NCBI RefSeq assembly: GCF_006345805.1 | Contig: NC_043012.1 | Location: 58,714,001 to 58,778,000, forward strand | Source: Octopus sinensis | Lineage: Eukaryota | DNA length: 64,000 nt | Direction: 5' to 3' | Shown here: positions 62,730-64,000 of the stretch, one piece after another | Layout of the letters: the number at the start of each line of letters is the position of its first letter | Numbering within the stretch: the stretch's first letter is position 1 | Position numbers and translations under genes: made by a program | Notes under the pieces: model-generated | The model's database searches: none | The model's input: the letters and a program-made list of their open reading frames with translations, nothing else | Told to the model about the DNA's origin: nothing

Positions 62730-63322
62730 CTAGCAGTATCGCCCGGCGTTGCTCGGGTTTGTAAGGGAAATAACTATATAAGCATTTTTAGAGATCTAAC
62801 CATTGAGCCATGCGCCTTCAGATTTGAGTACTGGGATCGATATAATTGTCACCCAGAATTGCCACCCTTGTTCCAAATTTTGAAACCAATATAGTACAAA
62901 TAAATGACGCACATTTTAAAAATAACTAGCAGTATCGCCCGGCGTTGCTCGGGTTTGTAAGGGAAATAACTATATAAGCATTTTTAGAGATGTAAAGTAT
63001 ATTAGCCATCTCAATATGGCTAACCACAAAGGTGGGGGGGTGTTACTGTAGCTTTTTACTTTCTGAGATTTAATAATAAATTTTTAGAGAGTTACTTCCC
63101 TTATATATGCCAAAAATGCATTAAAATGAGAAAAATTGATGGTAATTTTTTTTTTTCAATCGTAGACTCATCGTAAACGCGGGCGAATACCCAGAAGGGC
63201 TCGATATGAATCACGACTATAAGATACCCGGTTTTGGTTAAACTGCACCGCAAAATGTGGGAGTAGTTAGGAATCTAAATCGTAGGAGACAGACAGCACA
63301 CAACCTTACTTTTATATATATC
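62730..63322 (-). mobile_element. Non-autonomous Helitron with a duplicated 66-bp 3' terminus
   Basis: Minus-strand 3' end CCCGAGCAACGCCGGG hairpin...CTAG|T occurs twice (62730-62795 and 62926-62991); 5' end resembles tatatataaaagtaaggttg but the canonical TC is not intact. Confidence 0.8.
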
Positions 63323-63464
63323 ATATATACTACTCACTCAATTATGAGTCCACTCAACAAATAGCAGAAACAACTGAAAGCTAATGATATTCATAAGATA
63401 GTTGTTTATTCCTCTGTCATATCTTTTATATCTATCTACCTACCTAACTATCTGTCTATCTGTC

Positions 63465-63497
<33 letters not shown>

Positions 63498-63506
63498 ATA
63501 TATATA

Positions 63507-63802
63507 TCATGTGATCACGTGACCGACCAGACCATCAGATGTTGTTACACATCGCTGGTCACAATGCGTTCGCATTGTTTTAACCTTCGAATGACGCCAC
63601 CCCGCTGGCTTAGCGAGCAGGCCAACAGAAGAAAGAGTGGTGAAAGAGTTCAGCAGGGATCACCCCCCACCCTGCCGGAGCGTCGTGGAGCTTTTAGGTG
63701 TTTTCGCTCAATAAACACTCACAACGTCCGATCTGGGAATCGAAACGGCGATCCTACGGCCGCGAGTCCGCTGCCCTAACCACTGGGCCATTTCGCCTCC
63801 AC
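63507..63802 (-). mobile_element. tRNA-headed SINE, family B (gtcacgtgatc-type 3' half)
   Basis: Head reverse complement gtggaggcgaaatggcccagtggttagggcagcggactcgcgg; the 3' half matches 23997. Confidence 0.88.
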
Positions 63803-63843
63803 ACACACACACATATATAAAGGAATCCACTTTAGTAGTCATT

Positions 63844-63895
<52 letters not shown>

Positions 63896-64000
63896 ATATA
63901 AATATTAGGGAATAAATCCAAATTTACAAGGAAAAATCAGATTTAAGATTAAATCCAATTTTATAATAAAATATTATATTATAATATAATAATAATAATA

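Overview
AT-rich, microsatellite-saturated eukaryotic non-coding DNA, most likely intronic or intergenic coleoid cephalopod (Octopus-like) sequence. The taxon is inferred from the SINE families and repeat landscape. I found no supportable host protein-coding gene, true tRNA or rRNA gene, or CRISPR array; most ORF-track entries are simple-repeat artefacts. The window holds about 30 tRNA-headed SINEs in four families (labelled A-D here) and a decayed RTE-clade LINE ending in three C2H2 fingers. It also holds a decayed R4/Dong-type LINE plus a same-strand cluster of R4/Dong 3' ends embedded in (TAA)n arrays (53.5-58.9 kb), a Helitron Rep fragment, a non-autonomous Helitron with a duplicated 3' end, and several MITEs. 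The most notable signal is a set of ORF-less hammerhead-ribozyme (HHR) motifs, three of them sitting at the centre of long inverted repeats. The motif at 23619-23688 is an apparently intact extended type I hammerhead with a compensatory U3:A8 core and a Schistosoma-type UAC-bulge/loop II motif. Repeat boundaries were read by eye and are approximate unless TSDs or arms are quoted.
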